Source of the DNA: Pelomyxa schiedti
Lineage: Eukaryota; Protista; Evosea
Reading direction: 5' to 3'
NCBI GenBank assembly: GCA_020536535.1
Contig: JAHLWZ010000721.1
Span: 62,001 to 126,000, forward strand
DNA length: 64,000 nt
Shown: one piece after another, positions 13,034 to 27,000 of the stretch
Numbering within the stretch: position 1 is the stretch's first letter
Layout: each line of letters opens with the position of its first letter
Translations under genes and position numbers: made by a program
The notes under the pieces: model-generated
Seen by the model: the letters and a program-made list of their open reading frames with translations, nothing else
What the model was told of the DNA's origin: nothing
Database searches by the model: none

Positions 13034-15738
13034 TTAGTTGACAGTAGAGTGTGTCAAAAGTCTTTTGGCTGCTTCTTCCACTTTTTTCTGTGCACGGTGC
13101 AGCATCCATAGGATAATCAAACAAACAACAGCTGATCCTGCGAGTAATGTAACACCAGCAATTAATCCCATTGGGTAATCGGGAAGATCAAACCAGGCAT
13201 TGCAATCTTGTGTGAATAGTTCAATGGTGTCAGCCTCCCTGTTATAATTTAGTTGCGGAAATCGAGATTGAGGCGTGGATACGGGCAGTAGTCCACATCG
13301 TAGAGATAGCACTGGGGATCCAAAACTTCGGGCCAGCAGATGTCTCCATTATCAGTTTCGAAAGTGACAGTCATCTCGCGCTGGTATCCAGTGTCTTGTG
13401 AACAATCTGTTTCAATCATATAACACTCGGTTACAATAACAGTAGTCTCCACAGCCCTGCTGTCATCAAGCGCTGGCACAAGAGATAGCACGGCCACTAG
13501 GCACGTGGCTACACAAAATCCAGCTAAGAGCAGCCCAAATACGAGCTCGAGTATTCGTATGCGCTAGAGATTGTAAGGTGTAATAGTGTATCTACAGTAG
13601 TGGCACACCAGAGTGGCCTTCTTCTGGGCGGCAGTGATTGCGTTTGTAACTGCTGGTGATGGTTTTTTCCTTGCAGGACGCACCACTGGAGGACGGGGAT
13701 AATGAGTCGCACTACAGGATGAATCACTATAACTGGTTGAGAAATTGAAAGGCTTACATTCCAGTGGCTTGTTTGTGTAACCATAACCACAAGTGGTCAT
13801 GAATCTGAACATAACCGTGAATGACAGAATTGAGCCTTATAGTATCGGCCACAACTGAGAAAAGGAATAGGTACAAAAAGGTCATGGCGTTGTAGGTTGC
13901 TAAATTGCATCAGGTGGTAGGAGACAGAAAGGTTACGTTACAAAGACAACGAAAGTGGTTAATCTCCAGAGACATAATGAAGATGCTGGCGAGCATAGCA
14001 AAAAAGTTCAATGTTACATCTAATTTCTTGTTACATCTCTTGAAATGCAATGTAAATAGGGTACCACACTGAGCGAAAAAAGCTGTGAGAAAAAAGTGCG
14101 CCAAAACACCGCACGCACTACCACTCAGACCAGTAACAATAGCGACAAGATTAAAGTATTCTTTTTTCAAACAGGCAACAACAAGCAGAATCTAATAAGG
14201 GATGAAAAAGCACAAGGAGAGTACTTAGATACCACTTCATAGAAGACCTGAACTACATGGTGATAGATATGTTGCGAATCAATTGAGGAATTGCGGAGTT
14301 CTTTACGGCAAGACCTGGGTGCTATGAGACAAGTAATGCACATGGTGAAGCCAGTGATGCAGTGCTCCAGCTTGGGGTAGTGAGGTGAAACCTTTGAGTA
14401 CTTAGAAGTTGGCCGGCCAGTTAGAGAAAACAAACCCTCAGGGTTTTCTCTCGTGTTGACGTAACCACAGCCTCTTCGGGTCTGGATAACATAAAGCAAT
14501 CAAAGGCACTGTATCCTACAAATGGAAGGGGCCACAGGCTAAGCAATATCCTTGTACAAGCCAAGGTCATGTCATTCCATTCTATCAGTTCTTGTTCGGC
14601 GCAGTTTTCCTCTGCGATTTTGAGGGGACAGTACTTTCACTCAGTTCACCATACCTTGGGCTAAATCGACAAGATCGATAAGGGATAGAATTGCACAATA
14701 CAGATAGAAACCTCCTGCAATAATCATAAAACACCTGTCAAGTAACAGATAAGACATATAAATACAAGTAATCCCTTGCGCACCCAGTGTACATAAAGAT
14801 AAACCACTGTCGCACTCTCCCCCATAAAAAAGCGAATGCCACAAGGGCATTTAAGAATACAAGAGCAGAAGGAAGCCACTCAGATACACTTTCAAAGCTT
14901 CCAACAATAGACTTGTAGTCTTCCTATAACATTGGGGTAGTAAATAAAATACGGACAGCTATCACGCAGCGAAATTCTGTTGAATATCGTGTTTTGGATT
15001 CAGTGGTTTTTTTTGGTGTGTGTGTATGTGTGTGTTTCCGCGCATATATACCTCCAGGCATCTCATTAGCAACTGCACAAACAAACACACAGCCGCTACT
15101 CCACAAGCCAAAACGAGGGTCCACCTGAACCTGTGATACATGAAAGTCTGCTTGATTCCAGTAACCCCCGGCACCACCGGCGGTGCCTTGAGCCTGTGAT
15201 CTGGCGCACCCCCGTGCCCGCCCCCGCCTCCGTGGCTCGCAGGGGGCTCCCCAATGGCCGCGGATTCCCCGGGCGGGGGGTCAATCGCCCCCGCTGAGGG
15301 AGCACCATCGGGTCCGCTGAGGTTGTCGCGGGACATGCTGATGGCCTCGGGGTCCGTGATGGAGCCGTAGCCGTCGGGGTGGAGCAGGGGCTGGGCCTCG
15401 TCGTAGCTGACGGGTGCTGTGGGGGTGTAAGTGGCACCTTGGTCCGCGGTAAGAAGGAGTGGCTCCGGGACTGGTGGGGCCGTGGGGTAGGAGTAGTCAT
15501 CCGCCGAGTTGGGGGCAAGCCTGCTTGTGGGTGATGAATACGACGCCGAACCGGCTTCTTCTCCTTCTGCTGCTGCTGGTGATTTCGGAGATGTCATCGG
15601 CGCCAGGGTGACGAGTTCCTGCTCTTGTTGTTTGAGTTCAGCATGCTGAGGGGGCACTTGGTCGTGTAGTTGTTGTGGCGGCGGGGGGGCCTGAGGGTTG
15701 TCAACCTCGCCAGGCGAAGGGGATGTGGGGTGTGACAT
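13034..15738 (-). CDS. Hypothetical multi-pass membrane protein with a Pro-rich N-terminus (multi-exon; could be two genes)
   Basis: A series of minus-strand ORF fragments with many hydrophobic segments, joinable by GT-AG introns (e.g. about 13240-13280). No family recognised. Confidence 0.5.
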
Positions 15739-16247
15739 TTGCTCAGCGCTGAGAAAAAGTGTCACTTTTGCTTGTGTTTTTACGGCAGCCGGACGAAACT
15801 TGGCGGTTTCTTACGGTACTTAACGAGAAGGCAGTGCCACGAACAAACGAAAAGGGACACGAGCCATTTTTTTTTTTTGTTTTGGGTGCCCCTTTTATTT
15901 CATCTGTTTCTTCAACCGCCTTCAACGGCAGTGACGCAATCAGGGGATGTGGTGCGACCTCAAAAGACTTGCACAACCTCCAACGTTGACTGTTTTGATG
16001 AACAATCTGAGCGACGAAGCTGAGGTGCCACCCCTAGAACAACCCTACTGATACTAATGAACAAGAAGGGGCTGTTCCATCTCAGTCAAACTCGTTTCCC
16101 AAGATACCAGCAAAGACAATGCAAACAAAGGGAGAAAATCCGGAGAATCTCCATCCAGGTTGGTTGGGTTTGGCTTCGTGGTTGTGGCCGTTTCGTAGAC
16201 GTATTCAACGACTAACGAACACCAACCAACCAACAACAACGCAAGCC

Positions 16248-19200
16248 ATGGACGACGTCGAGCTGTCGATGGCGGAGCACGAGGTCGAGATGGTGGCAGT
16301 CGGCGCTGCCGTTCTTGCCGACGCCGCGCCCCCCTCGCCGACCCCCACGTGCGCGTGCAACTGCGGCGGCCGAGTTGGTGACTCGCTGTTCAGCGGCACC
16401 GCCGTCGCCGCCCCGGCCGCGGCAGCCACTTCGGCTTCTACTTCTGCGTCTTCTTCGCAGTCGTCGAGGGCGGCGATTTGTTGCTGTGGGTGTGGGGGCG
16501 GGGGAGACGTCATTGAAGCAGGGGAGTGTGAGGGAGGGGGAGGGAGTGAGATGGACACTCGCACAAGGGGGTGCTTGTGTAGGGCATGGAGGAAACTCAC
16601 AAGAATGGTTTTTTTTTTTTTTTTTTCTTCTTGTTTATGTTGCTGTATTATGGGATGTTAATGACAATTGTGAGAAATGTTTGTTGGTTGGCGTTTTCTA
16701 ATGTGGCGGGATAAGGGAAGCGGAGTGGGAGTTTTGAATATCTTTAGTCTGAGATTTGAGAACGATTATGTGGAACAAATGTTGAAACATCTTCCCCTTC
16801 TTTTCTCAGTTGTTGGTTATGGCCCTTTTATAGACACTATGGTAAAGGTATCACCAGTATGCCACCTTACACCTTGATTGTGGATTCAAGAAGCAAAACA
16901 CGATTCTATTATTCCTCTTGATGCTACAAGCCATAGCCTTCCTCGTTGTCAGGTAAATTACTACTACCACAAAAATCCCCTTGATGAAGCAAAATCAGTG
17001 GAAAGAGGAGAGAAATTTACTCAATAGTATTGCCCCTCATCAGTAGCCCAGTTGCTGTTACAACCCTTATGTCCTGCTTGCCACTTATCAGTCATTCTAA
17101 GAGATCCAAGCTACTTCTTACCCAACACACATTTGTATTCTCTTCATTGAGTTATCCTGGTCACTTACAGCTGCGATTACAGATTATACTGGAGGGTGTC
17201 TGCCTCATTGCAATTGCCGTAGGGCAACCTTACCTGGTTCCTGCTTGGAACCCGTCAAAGGACATTGTAGCATTGACAGTAAATGATGTCATTGCACTGG
17301 GTTCCTCTGCAGTTGTCTTCTTTTCTGTTACTTTGTTACTCACTGCCGTTAATGTGAGATCTACTGCAGGTATGGAGCCAACACTTTTTCCGTTCTCATT
17401 GGTTTCTCCCATACAACAGTGGGATGTGTATGTGTTGCCCTTGCAATTGGTATTCTTGAAGTTGCGCTGTGGAACGCACAATTGTGTGATATTGTGCCAT
17501 TTGCATTTTTTATCATTGCAGGGGCCTCCTTGTGGTCAATGCAAGCATATCAATTACGTGAGTACCCAAGGGGAAGTGGGGGCATAGAAACTTACCAAAT
17601 AAAAGACATCTTCCATAGACTAGACTATGTTTCCAAGACTTGCCTTCAATTTGAACAGCGTAAATTGGAGGAAGAACAGCAAAGGAATATGGACTTACTT
17701 CACATGATCTTGCCACCAGAAATTGCAGAGAAGTTGAAATCTTGCATGGGAAGAGGTAAACGCCTCCAAATAGAGTCTCTATTGGATGACATTTAAATCC
17801 ACAGATAACCTTGCCACAAACCACCCAATGGTATCAGTACTGTTTCTTAATTTCAATGGACTCGAGGGACTTTCCGCTAAAGATACAGTTTTAGTTCTTG
17901 GGAAACTATTTGTTTCTGTAGATAATGCTTGTTCTTTGTAAGGTTCTATTGTTATTTTTTTATACTTACATAGGAGAGGTTTCACATAGAAAAGATAAAA
18001 ACGATAGGAACAGCAATAATGGCGGCAGTAGGAATACCGCGGTAATACCGCAACTTACGTGATTTCTTTCTTTTTACTCACAGAAAAGAGCAAACTGCGA
18101 TGATGCTACCAGGGCTGCCTTATTTGCATTACATGTACAGCACATAGCAACCCTCTTTGCTCAGCAGAGAGGATTAGATATTTCTGTGAAAGTTGGGATT
18201 GCTTCAGGGTCAGTTACAAGTGGTGTAATTGGTACTTCTCTTTCTACTGGCACAAAACCTTATCCCCTAAGCAGGGTTCGAGAAACCAAAATTTGGTATT
18301 TCACCATGATATTTATTGTTTTCAATTCTTCCTTTACAACACCCAGACATTTTTGGAGATACAGTCAATACAAGTGCCAGAATGATGTGTGTACAAAATA
18401 TACTTTTGACCTTTTTTAACATCCCCCAGGCAGACTTGCCCTCGAGGATCCATACAACTTACAGATTTTACCGTACACCAACTTTCTGGTGGTTTAAAGC
18501 TTGCAAAGTCACCAACCCCAGTTTTTGTTAAAGGTAAAGTACTTGAACAATCAATGCAGAATATTTATTTACCATTTGACAGGAAAGGGGGATATGGTAA
18601 CCTATTTTCTGCTTGGTTCTGAGGGTGATGTTCACCTTCAAGTTTCACGGTTGGTTATTCTCCTTCTTAAACTTCTCTTACATCTTATTAGAGAGAATAT
18701 GTCTCAGGACTCCATACTGTAGGAAAATTGTTCCCCAACCCATTTCTCAAATTTTGATAGGACTCCCTCATACCCCAAGGCACTACTGAAAACAAATAAT
18801 AAACTCATCAGTGCGTAAAGTCATCCCACATAAACACTTTCCAACCACCTAAGGTGAATCTGACTTCACAACATTGGAGCATGTACGCCTGCAACCTTTA
18901 CCATCGTTAAATCGAATCTTGCTTCGTTTCTCCAATATTGAAGCAGAATTGTAAATTACTTTGTCTTCTTTTCTGAAATAATTGTTTTTTTCCTGGTTTC
19001 CCCTTGTACTAATTTCCACCAGTTTGCATAATTACTTCACCGTTTTCTTTGTCACTCTAAGACCTCATATGCTAGTACTTGGTGTATGTACTGCCACCTC
19101 TGTCCTCGTGTCCTACTTGGTTGGGTGCTTCTCTATCAATTATGCAATGCTAGCAGAGACCCCCACCCTCATAATAGTTCTATTATGCTTTACACCGTAC

Positions 19201-20711
19201 GTCAAGTGTTTCTGCAATTTACATGTAGATAACCTTATGCAGCTTGCTGACACGATTTCCTTGCCAAGTTCATTACTCAATCTTTGTCATTTGCATTTCG
19301 ACGTCTTTAGCTTGGCTTGTTGTCTATTCACTTGGGTGGACAAATGATGCCTGGCCAGTATGTAGGGCTGAATTTCCAAGGGTTAACCATTCCTAGCTCA
19401 TGGTCATTGGTCACCTGGCTGTACTACACAGCTTCTGCCGAGTTCTTTTCCGATTTGTAACATGTGCTAGCATTATAATTGCTCCGGTTGCCATCATTTG
19501 TGGAATAGGTATGAGTGCCTTTAGTACCTCCTTGTTAAGATTATGAAAGTAATCGATGACTGGCCGTGGGGTCGAATACTTGTTTCCATGATCACTATTT
19601 TGCTTGCTCTGGCTTATGGGCACTACGCCACTGAAAAAGCCATGCGAATCAACTTCGGGCTTGAAAAACTTTTTGCTGAAAAGAAACAGTTACTATTAGA
19701 AGTGCGAAGCTATTATTAATAACCTCTTATTCTACTCACTTGGAAAAGGAGCAAGAAGCTTCCAACCAGCTTTTATTAAGCATACTTCCCCCGCAGATAC
19801 TGCAAGAATTGACTGCATCAGAAGAGACTGATGAAGTTATTGCAGAAACTGTCTCGAGTGGCTCTCTTCTAATGGCCGATATTGTTGGTAGGTATGAACC
19901 GAGGCGAGATTAATGAAACATCTGGGCAGGTTTTACAACAATATGCGATTCAATTCCTGCCCATACTGTGGTTACGATGCTGGATACCTTATTCCGCGAG
20001 CTTGATTCTTCAATAGCTGGGCTAATTGCAAGTGGAGTACAAAAGTTGAAAACCATTGGCATGTTCCCTGAATTTTGGCAAAATAGGCTGAACCTTTCTC
20101 ACAAAGGTGATGCTTACGTTGTTGGTGCCAATCTGCCTTTTTGTCCTTGTGTTGATCACGCAACAAAGCTCACACAAGTTCGTAACATCGCTTTGATCTG
20201 AATTTATATCTTTCTGAAAGGTAGCCCAAGCAATGGTACGTGCAATTGCTACTGTCAACAGAGACCATCGAAAAGGACTTCTGGAAAATCTACCAGAAAT
20301 CAGAATGAGGATTGGCGTGCACTCTGGCCCTGTGGTACAAGAAACAAACAAGAAACAAACAAGAAACATTACAACTAACACCCCTGAACAAACACAAAAA
20401 GCTAGCTGGTTTGTCCAACTTCCCCTCTTGTATGTCATTCTTTCTCCAGGAGTGATACGAATGAAGAGTCTATCTTTTGACTGCTGGGGACCCTCAGTGT
20501 ATATTGCTGATGCCCTTCAGACATCTGGTGCAGCTAACCAGATTCACATTTCCGGTAACACCACCCCCACTGGAGTACATTAGCTCACATAACTAAATAC
20601 AACTAAGATTCCGTCAAAGAACTGTTGGATGATAGACTATTTTCTTGTACACCGGCTCCAGATATGCCTTATGGGGACTCTGTCTACAAAACTTATTTCG
20701 TGGCTGGATAG
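16248..20711 (+). CDS. Transmembrane class III nucleotide (probably adenylyl) cyclase with two TM clusters and two catalytic domains
   Basis: Domain 1: LLHMILPPEIAEKL, EKIKTIG, VKVGIASG, FDIFGDTVNTSARM, KGKGDMVTYFL. Domain 2: LLLSILPPQI, MADIVGFT, QKLKTIGDAY, RMRIGVHSGPV, FDCWG. Confidence 0.9.
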
Positions 20712-20762
20712 TAGATAGTAAATAAAAGAAAGGTGTTTTTTTTAATTGCCTTGACAGGAAAA

Positions 20763-21970
20763 TCAGGAGTTCCTTGGACAGTTTTTGGAGTTGGGTTGTC
20801 GCTTTGCGTTAAATGAGAGAAAAACTACGGAAACAGTAGGGTCCTTGGGTCCCTTGCCAGTCTTAGGTCCAAAGCTAGTCTTTTTCCACTTGTTGCCCAA
20901 ATCTTTAGAGGTTTTGTATTTGGTCCATAAGTCACATGGGGATTGGGAGCGAAGCTTTTCATTCTTCTCCCCAGAGTCTTTCCACCCATCATGATTCTGT
21001 AGACAAAAGAAGGGAGTGCACATGAATCTCGGAATTACTGTAGGTGGTAAGAAAGAAGCTTCTACATGGCTGACGCTTACAATCCCTCCACAAACAAGAC
21101 GGATCATCAAAGCAGATCACCTGGGCACAGGGGTCACGGCTTTTGTCAACCCTCCAAATAACTAATGAAAAACATTACAAAATGAATAAGTGGAAGGGGA
21201 AAAATTGCAACGAGTACAAAAGCCTTACACTCTTCAACTGTTTCGATGTCAACGCGTTCCAGTGCACTGAGCCCAGGGGCAGAAAGCCAAAGAATGGCAC
21301 ACTGGACAAATTTTTCGACTACAAACTCTCCTCGGCAGTAGATCGGGAATGGCATCTGCAGGCAGTCGCTAGTGGTGAAAGATTCCAAAGACTTTGGTTT
21401 TAGAAAGAGCTGTTTCCCATCGCACAGAAGACGAGATGCAATGCCAGGAAGAGATTTAATACTCGAAGGTACAAGCGCAGCACGGATTGGATACGGCGTA
21501 GGTGTGTAATTCCTCAGGGGGTGTTCAATTGAAGGAACCCACTGGACGTTACCATTCGGCTGGGAGCTTGAACTAGTAGTAGTACTGGTACTAGTGGTAG
21601 AGGTACAACCACTAAACGTAGGAAGAGCGGACGAAACGGCCGCCTCATTAGTCGTGTTGTTGCTAGCGGCACAACTTGTTGCCAACGGTGGCGGACGCGT
21701 GGGGCTTAAGGTATGGGCCGTGTAGCCAACGGTTTGTACTGGGACACCAACGGGATCGTTGGGTCCCGTTTTCGGATCTACACCCTGGGGCTGAGGGGGC
21801 GCAGGTGGAAAAGGGGGGGAAGGGGTTCGGGGGGTTAGGGTTGGGGTTGGGGTTGAGGGCGACGCGGTGAACAACGGGCAAAATAGAATGTCGAGTTCCT
21901 CATCAAACTCGGTGAGGTCCTTAAAGTACGGAGAACTCGGTGGCGCGGTTGGCGGCACTATGTTCGTCAT
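20763..21970 (-). CDS. Hypothetical protein with a Pro/Ser/Thr-rich N-terminus
   Basis: Long open frame from ATG 21970, continuing into a downstream exon (20763-21110). No recognisable domain. Confidence 0.5.
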
Positions 21971-22061
21971 TTTTCCTTCTTTTCTGTGTTGGAACACAAA
22001 ATTTTCTGGAAGTACCCGGCCGGGATTTGGGGAACAAGTTTGGGGTCGGTGCGCAAGTTGG

Positions 22062-23226
22062 TTACTCCCAGAAATGCGCAATTGCGTCGGCCTCATTACC
22101 ACAACGATGCAATGTGAGTGACCTATCTTTGGAAGTAAGGGTGCACTCTGGGGTAGCATCCGGTTTCACTGTAACTGCGGCCAGATATCGCAGGATCATG
22201 GGGTTGTTCTTGAGGCTTGTGTAGCCCACGAACATGCCCTGTGGGTTGAGTGCCAGCCGGCAATTGGCAGTAGCCACAATGGAATGTGTGCTGGGGTCCC
22301 ACTCCCAGGTGCCCCTCAATTCGTAGTTGCCTGTTTCGTCCACTGTGCTTCTTTGACTTTTGTTTGGATTGTTAGATAGAAATGAGCAAAAAGGGGAGGT
22401 CCTTACCACTCAGTGTAGTGCCCCCGATGTGAGAGGATAATTTGGGAACCACAGTAAATATCACCAGTTGGTGCATATACACCGGAAACATGCCGGTTTA
22501 GCCATGTAACTTGCGCTTTTTTGCCCAAATCTGCAATGTGCAGTATCTGGTAGAATGTCAGATAATGAGCCAAATGATGAGGGGAAAAAAGTGTTGAACG
22601 GTGAGAATGGATAATACCACTTGACAGGGGACGTGCTGTGTAGGGGAATTAGCTCCACATCTAGGGTGATGAGCGGTCAGCAGTGCCAAGGCAATGCATC
22701 TTGTGCCTGACCGCATCACATCCAGTTTTCTTTGGCGTTCATTTCTCTAGAGTCAATCAGTAACACGAAATTGAGGGAACTGACGTACGGTGATAAGTTG
22801 GAAGAGTTGCCCTACAGAAGTTGCTACGGCATCAAAGGTGTTTGGGTGAGGAGTGCCTCCTTCAATAAGCAAGTCTTTCACACCTTGGAGTTCCACTGTC
22901 AGGGCTGTGGTAGTAGGGAGTTGAAACCATATTGCTTCTCTATCATTGATGAAGCAAGAGTCAGATTGCTAATGATATCATCCGGACCCAATCTTGTAAA
23001 ATCAATCAAATTTGGGGTATGGGCTAGTGTAAAACACTTAAAAAAAGGCGAAATAACAAAAAATAAAACCATGAAGGAGGGCACAATATCCTAAGCCATC
23101 TGCCCATGATGTAGATAGATCTGTTATATGAACTCCTGCATAGCCTTCTGTCACAGATTGAGACCACTGCAATATTCCGTTATATTGATCTTCACTCTGA
23201 CGGGGAGTCATAGCAATGTGACTCAT
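22062..23226 (-). CDS. Calponin-homology (CH) domain protein with an HPRCG motif and an unknown C-terminal domain
   Basis: ILQWSQSVTEGYAGVHITDLSTSWADGLGYCALLH..PNLIDF is a type-2 CH signature. The spliced frame continues to ALLTAHHPRCGANSP (about 22654-22668). Confidence 0.7.
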
Positions 23227-24034
23227 CTCATTGCAAAGTGAGATTAAAGCATCTCAGTGGACCAAATACTAATGCAAGGATCATGCCATGATTACCGGTG
23301 GCAATGTGAATTGGTTTGATATCGACCCCAGGAAATGCCTTCTCTAGCATCTGAATACTGTAATAGCATATCAACCCAGGAAAAACTGAGTGAAGAAATG
23401 TACGCTAGTACTGCATTATCCAACTTGTGGGCAATCAAGGCAGGCGCCTGCATGAAAAAAGTTTCACTAATGGAATGAATGTACATTGAGAATTCTACCT
23501 TGTTGTACTTCCTTGGCATTGGCACTCCAAACATCGCATGCACCAAATGCATGAGAGTTACACTACACCCATTTTTTTTTTTTTTTTGTCATTTTAGCAA
23601 ACAACAACAACATGCCTTGTGGTGAAGCTCTCAGCAAAGTGGTTTTTATCAACAAAAAGGCCCAACCTCTCAACTTCTCTTTTTCCAAACCTCCCGCGCA
23701 AGTGTACATTGAAAAGCTGCTCACAAGTAGGTTATGGGCCATCAGTGAATATTTTGTGTTGGGTGCAGGCTTTCCCCATACTCTAGAAAAGGTAGCGTGT
23801 TGTACTTTGACCCATGGTTCCTGCGACCCACAATTACCTCGTAAGGCGTAAAATTTAAAGACTCACGTAGTCTTGGGCTTGTTCTGTTGGCGTTCCGGAA
23901 CTCATTTTTTTGTTTTTATTTTCCCCAAGACTTGCTGAAACTTGGTGCTTTTTTTCAAAGAGCAGTCCCCTTCGAAAAAATAAGCAGGGGGAAATCCCGC
24001 AAGTCATTCAAAGTGATGGTGTTCATCGCCTGCT

Positions 24035-27000
24035 CTATGTCCTTTCCCAGAAGCCAGTGCCATAACTGATTTTGGTGAGGTGCATTGAAGAAAAAAAGAA
24101 AGTACCGTTGATCAGCCAGTGGATATTCCTTCCGCATTTGTTCACCACAGTCCTTACCAAGCGTGCAAACAACAACTCCATTGAGAATCACGCTGTGGTC
24201 TTGAACCTTCAGTAAATGAGAAAGGATAACAAAGAGAGGCCAAAAAACCTGAGGGCCACCATCCAACACGAAATTGAATATTGTAAATGAAGCCTGTGGA
24301 ACGGAAATTGGCTCGGCGATATCAGAGCTTCGTTGCCACTTGCTGTTAATGAAAACGGGGTGGCCTGTAGTGAGACCAACTCCATTCAAGAACACCATCC
24401 TATGATTTAAGGGTTGATTTTTCAGTGCGTTATTGCTTTAGAGTAGAAAGTAACTTGAATGGTTTTTCTATCTTCTTTGTGTGAACCTCTTTAATAATCC
24501 TGGGGGAATACAGCTCGGACATCACTGAGTCTCCAACTTTGATTTCATCCACACGACTGAAAGTGTTACGTATTAAACGAAACAAACTGGTAACTACCAA
24601 GTTGAGAGATCAGCTCGAAGGATTTTGGCATCTCCAAGAAAGCATTCATACTGAATAGGTATGGGTCTCTAGTTGGATCAGATTTTAAATATTTTGTCTC
24701 AGAAGAGTACGTGAAACGGTCGAGGCGTATATTTCAATTCTCCTGGAGAAGGATTTATCCACAAACAGGCATAAGCAAGGTCTAAAATAGCCATTACCAA
24801 AGAATATTGGATATATGCAAAAACATTTGTTTTTGAGATTGCCTCCTATCCTCATTGGTTCGGGAAAGAAGCGGGCCCAGAAATGATCGGCACTGCAAAG
24901 GTTGTAGAAGTATCTGGAAGTCTGCAATAGCCATGTGGATAAACTTTTCAGTATAAAGAGATACTAACATGACTAAATCGGCACAAATCAGTCGCGTCTA
25001 AGAAGGAAAATATGATGGCCCACACATCGGAAGGCAAACAAATAGAAGGAGTAAACATGGAAAGAATGTGAACATCTCCAAGAACTTCTGGTCTTTCCTT
25101 CCGCCACATTCCACAGGAGATGATGAGAGATTCCCCGGCAGGGACAACAGAGTGGAACTAGGAATGACTTAAAAACGAGCCCTAGTCCAAGATGACCTGC
25201 CTCTCGCGCAACAGGAAGGGAACTTGCCAAAATTTTTGTCCACATAAATGAATGTAAATCTAACCTGTCTTTGAGTGAGGTCATTTCTAGACAATTTGGC
25301 ATACTTGAAGATTTCACACAGGGGATTCTGATTAGAAGAGCCAACAAGAAAGAACGAATTCTCAGCAGGCCAGAAGCACCCCACATGCCCTCGCTGCGGG
25401 GTGGGCTTTATAACGCCTGTGGTATCAATTTGTATGCAATTTGTCGTGTACAAATTTAGTGCCCACAGGTCACTTAGCTTAGCATTTTCTGGTCCAAGTC
25501 CTCCATAAATATACAAAATCCTTTTTATGTGTTTATTTTTAGAAGAATGACCGATTTCAAACCTATTATGTACAAAAGCGTTATGATGGTATCTGGGAAT
25601 AGGGGATGTGGAAACTTGCAGAGAAGTCCAACTATTCGTAAGAATAGAGTAGCCTTGGAGAAGATGAACCAATAAAAAAGGAAGGAAAAAACCTAACTAA
25701 AGAATTGAGAGCAGGCTCCTGCAGTAGAGCACCCGCCAAATAAGATAAGAGAGTCATTATAACTGTTTGAAGTTTAGGACTCAGACGTAGAGCAGGGGTA
25801 TAACTCACTACACAAGAGAGGCACCATAAGCGTGTTGTGGGGCACCTTCCCCCACTGTGTGAGGAAAGAGTGTTGACCAAGTTTGTTCAGTCATATTATA
25901 GGACATAAGGCGGTTCGTGTAGCACCCTGCATGTAAGCCGCCAAAGAGGAAAGCTATTCTATCTCCATTGGTGCAAGTGGCGGGAAAAGACCCAACTCCT
26001 ATGAACTTGGTTCCTGGTGTGCAGGACGAGGAGAATGAAGGGGAAGCCACCAAAGTGGACTGGGCGGAATTGGAGTCTGAATTTTGCGTCGTAGTGGCGG
26101 GGTCCCCTACTACACTGCCAGTGTCAGAGGGTTGCTCGATGGGAACCCAGTGAGGAAAGGGTTGAGCGATATCAAGCACGCGACAAGGTGAAAGTCTGAG
26201 TTCTCTCTCTGGCCCTGTTCCCCCAAAGAAGAAAAGGTGGTTGTGATATATCACAGATGTGTGGCCGTAGCTAGTTTTCAGGTTACGATTTTTACATCGG
26301 GTCACAAAACCTAGGGAAATCTTTACTTCTAGAGCTTTTTCCAAATAACTCCTTCATAGAATGTGTTTCACTTGTCTTCTTACCAAAGAGAAAAGACAAC
26401 CATCCCTCTATAAAGAGATCAGTAGACTACAAAAGAAAATCCAGAAACACTTGGAGGTGGTGGCTGCGGATCTGCAAGTAGTGCACCAGGGATTGTGACA
26501 TGGATAAGTTTGCACACAAGATTGAGCAGATTCTTAATTCCCTGATCTTGAGAAGAATGATTATCTTAGGTCCAACTATACTGTGCAGACATACCACTCG
26601 CAATATTCAGCTCAATTGCTGCATCAAGTCCCATTTTTGAGCACGCCTTAGAAGAACATATATTAAACTATTACTACTCTAAACTTACCTCACGGATTTC
26701 CTCCTCAGGGATGCACTTCTGTGGTGGATTTGTATGTCTCAGTTCGGAACCAATTCCAACTAGAATTACAGGGACAGAGGGTAACACGGCGTGCACCTCG
26801 AGAAAGTACTAGGGAAAAATCGGAGGGAATAACAATGTCAGGCTGGCACTTGATGCGAAAATAGCTACCTGGTCAAAAATGGCTTGTAGGGATGTTGGGC
26901 GATTGATCTCAAAGCACAACAGAGCTAATGAAGCTCCGTCAAAGCTGTAGTATCGGTCCCAGTCATGATAAGTGGGGTAGTATGGACCCACATCTTAAAC

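Noticed and set aside
23292-23900. Short ORFs between the CH-domain gene and the Hint-domain gene
   Set aside because: No recognisable motif or convincing gene structure.
24035-24644. Self-splicing intein
   Set aside because: No C-terminal His-Asn + nucleophile, no endonuclease and no conserved extein; it fits a Vint-type Hint domain.
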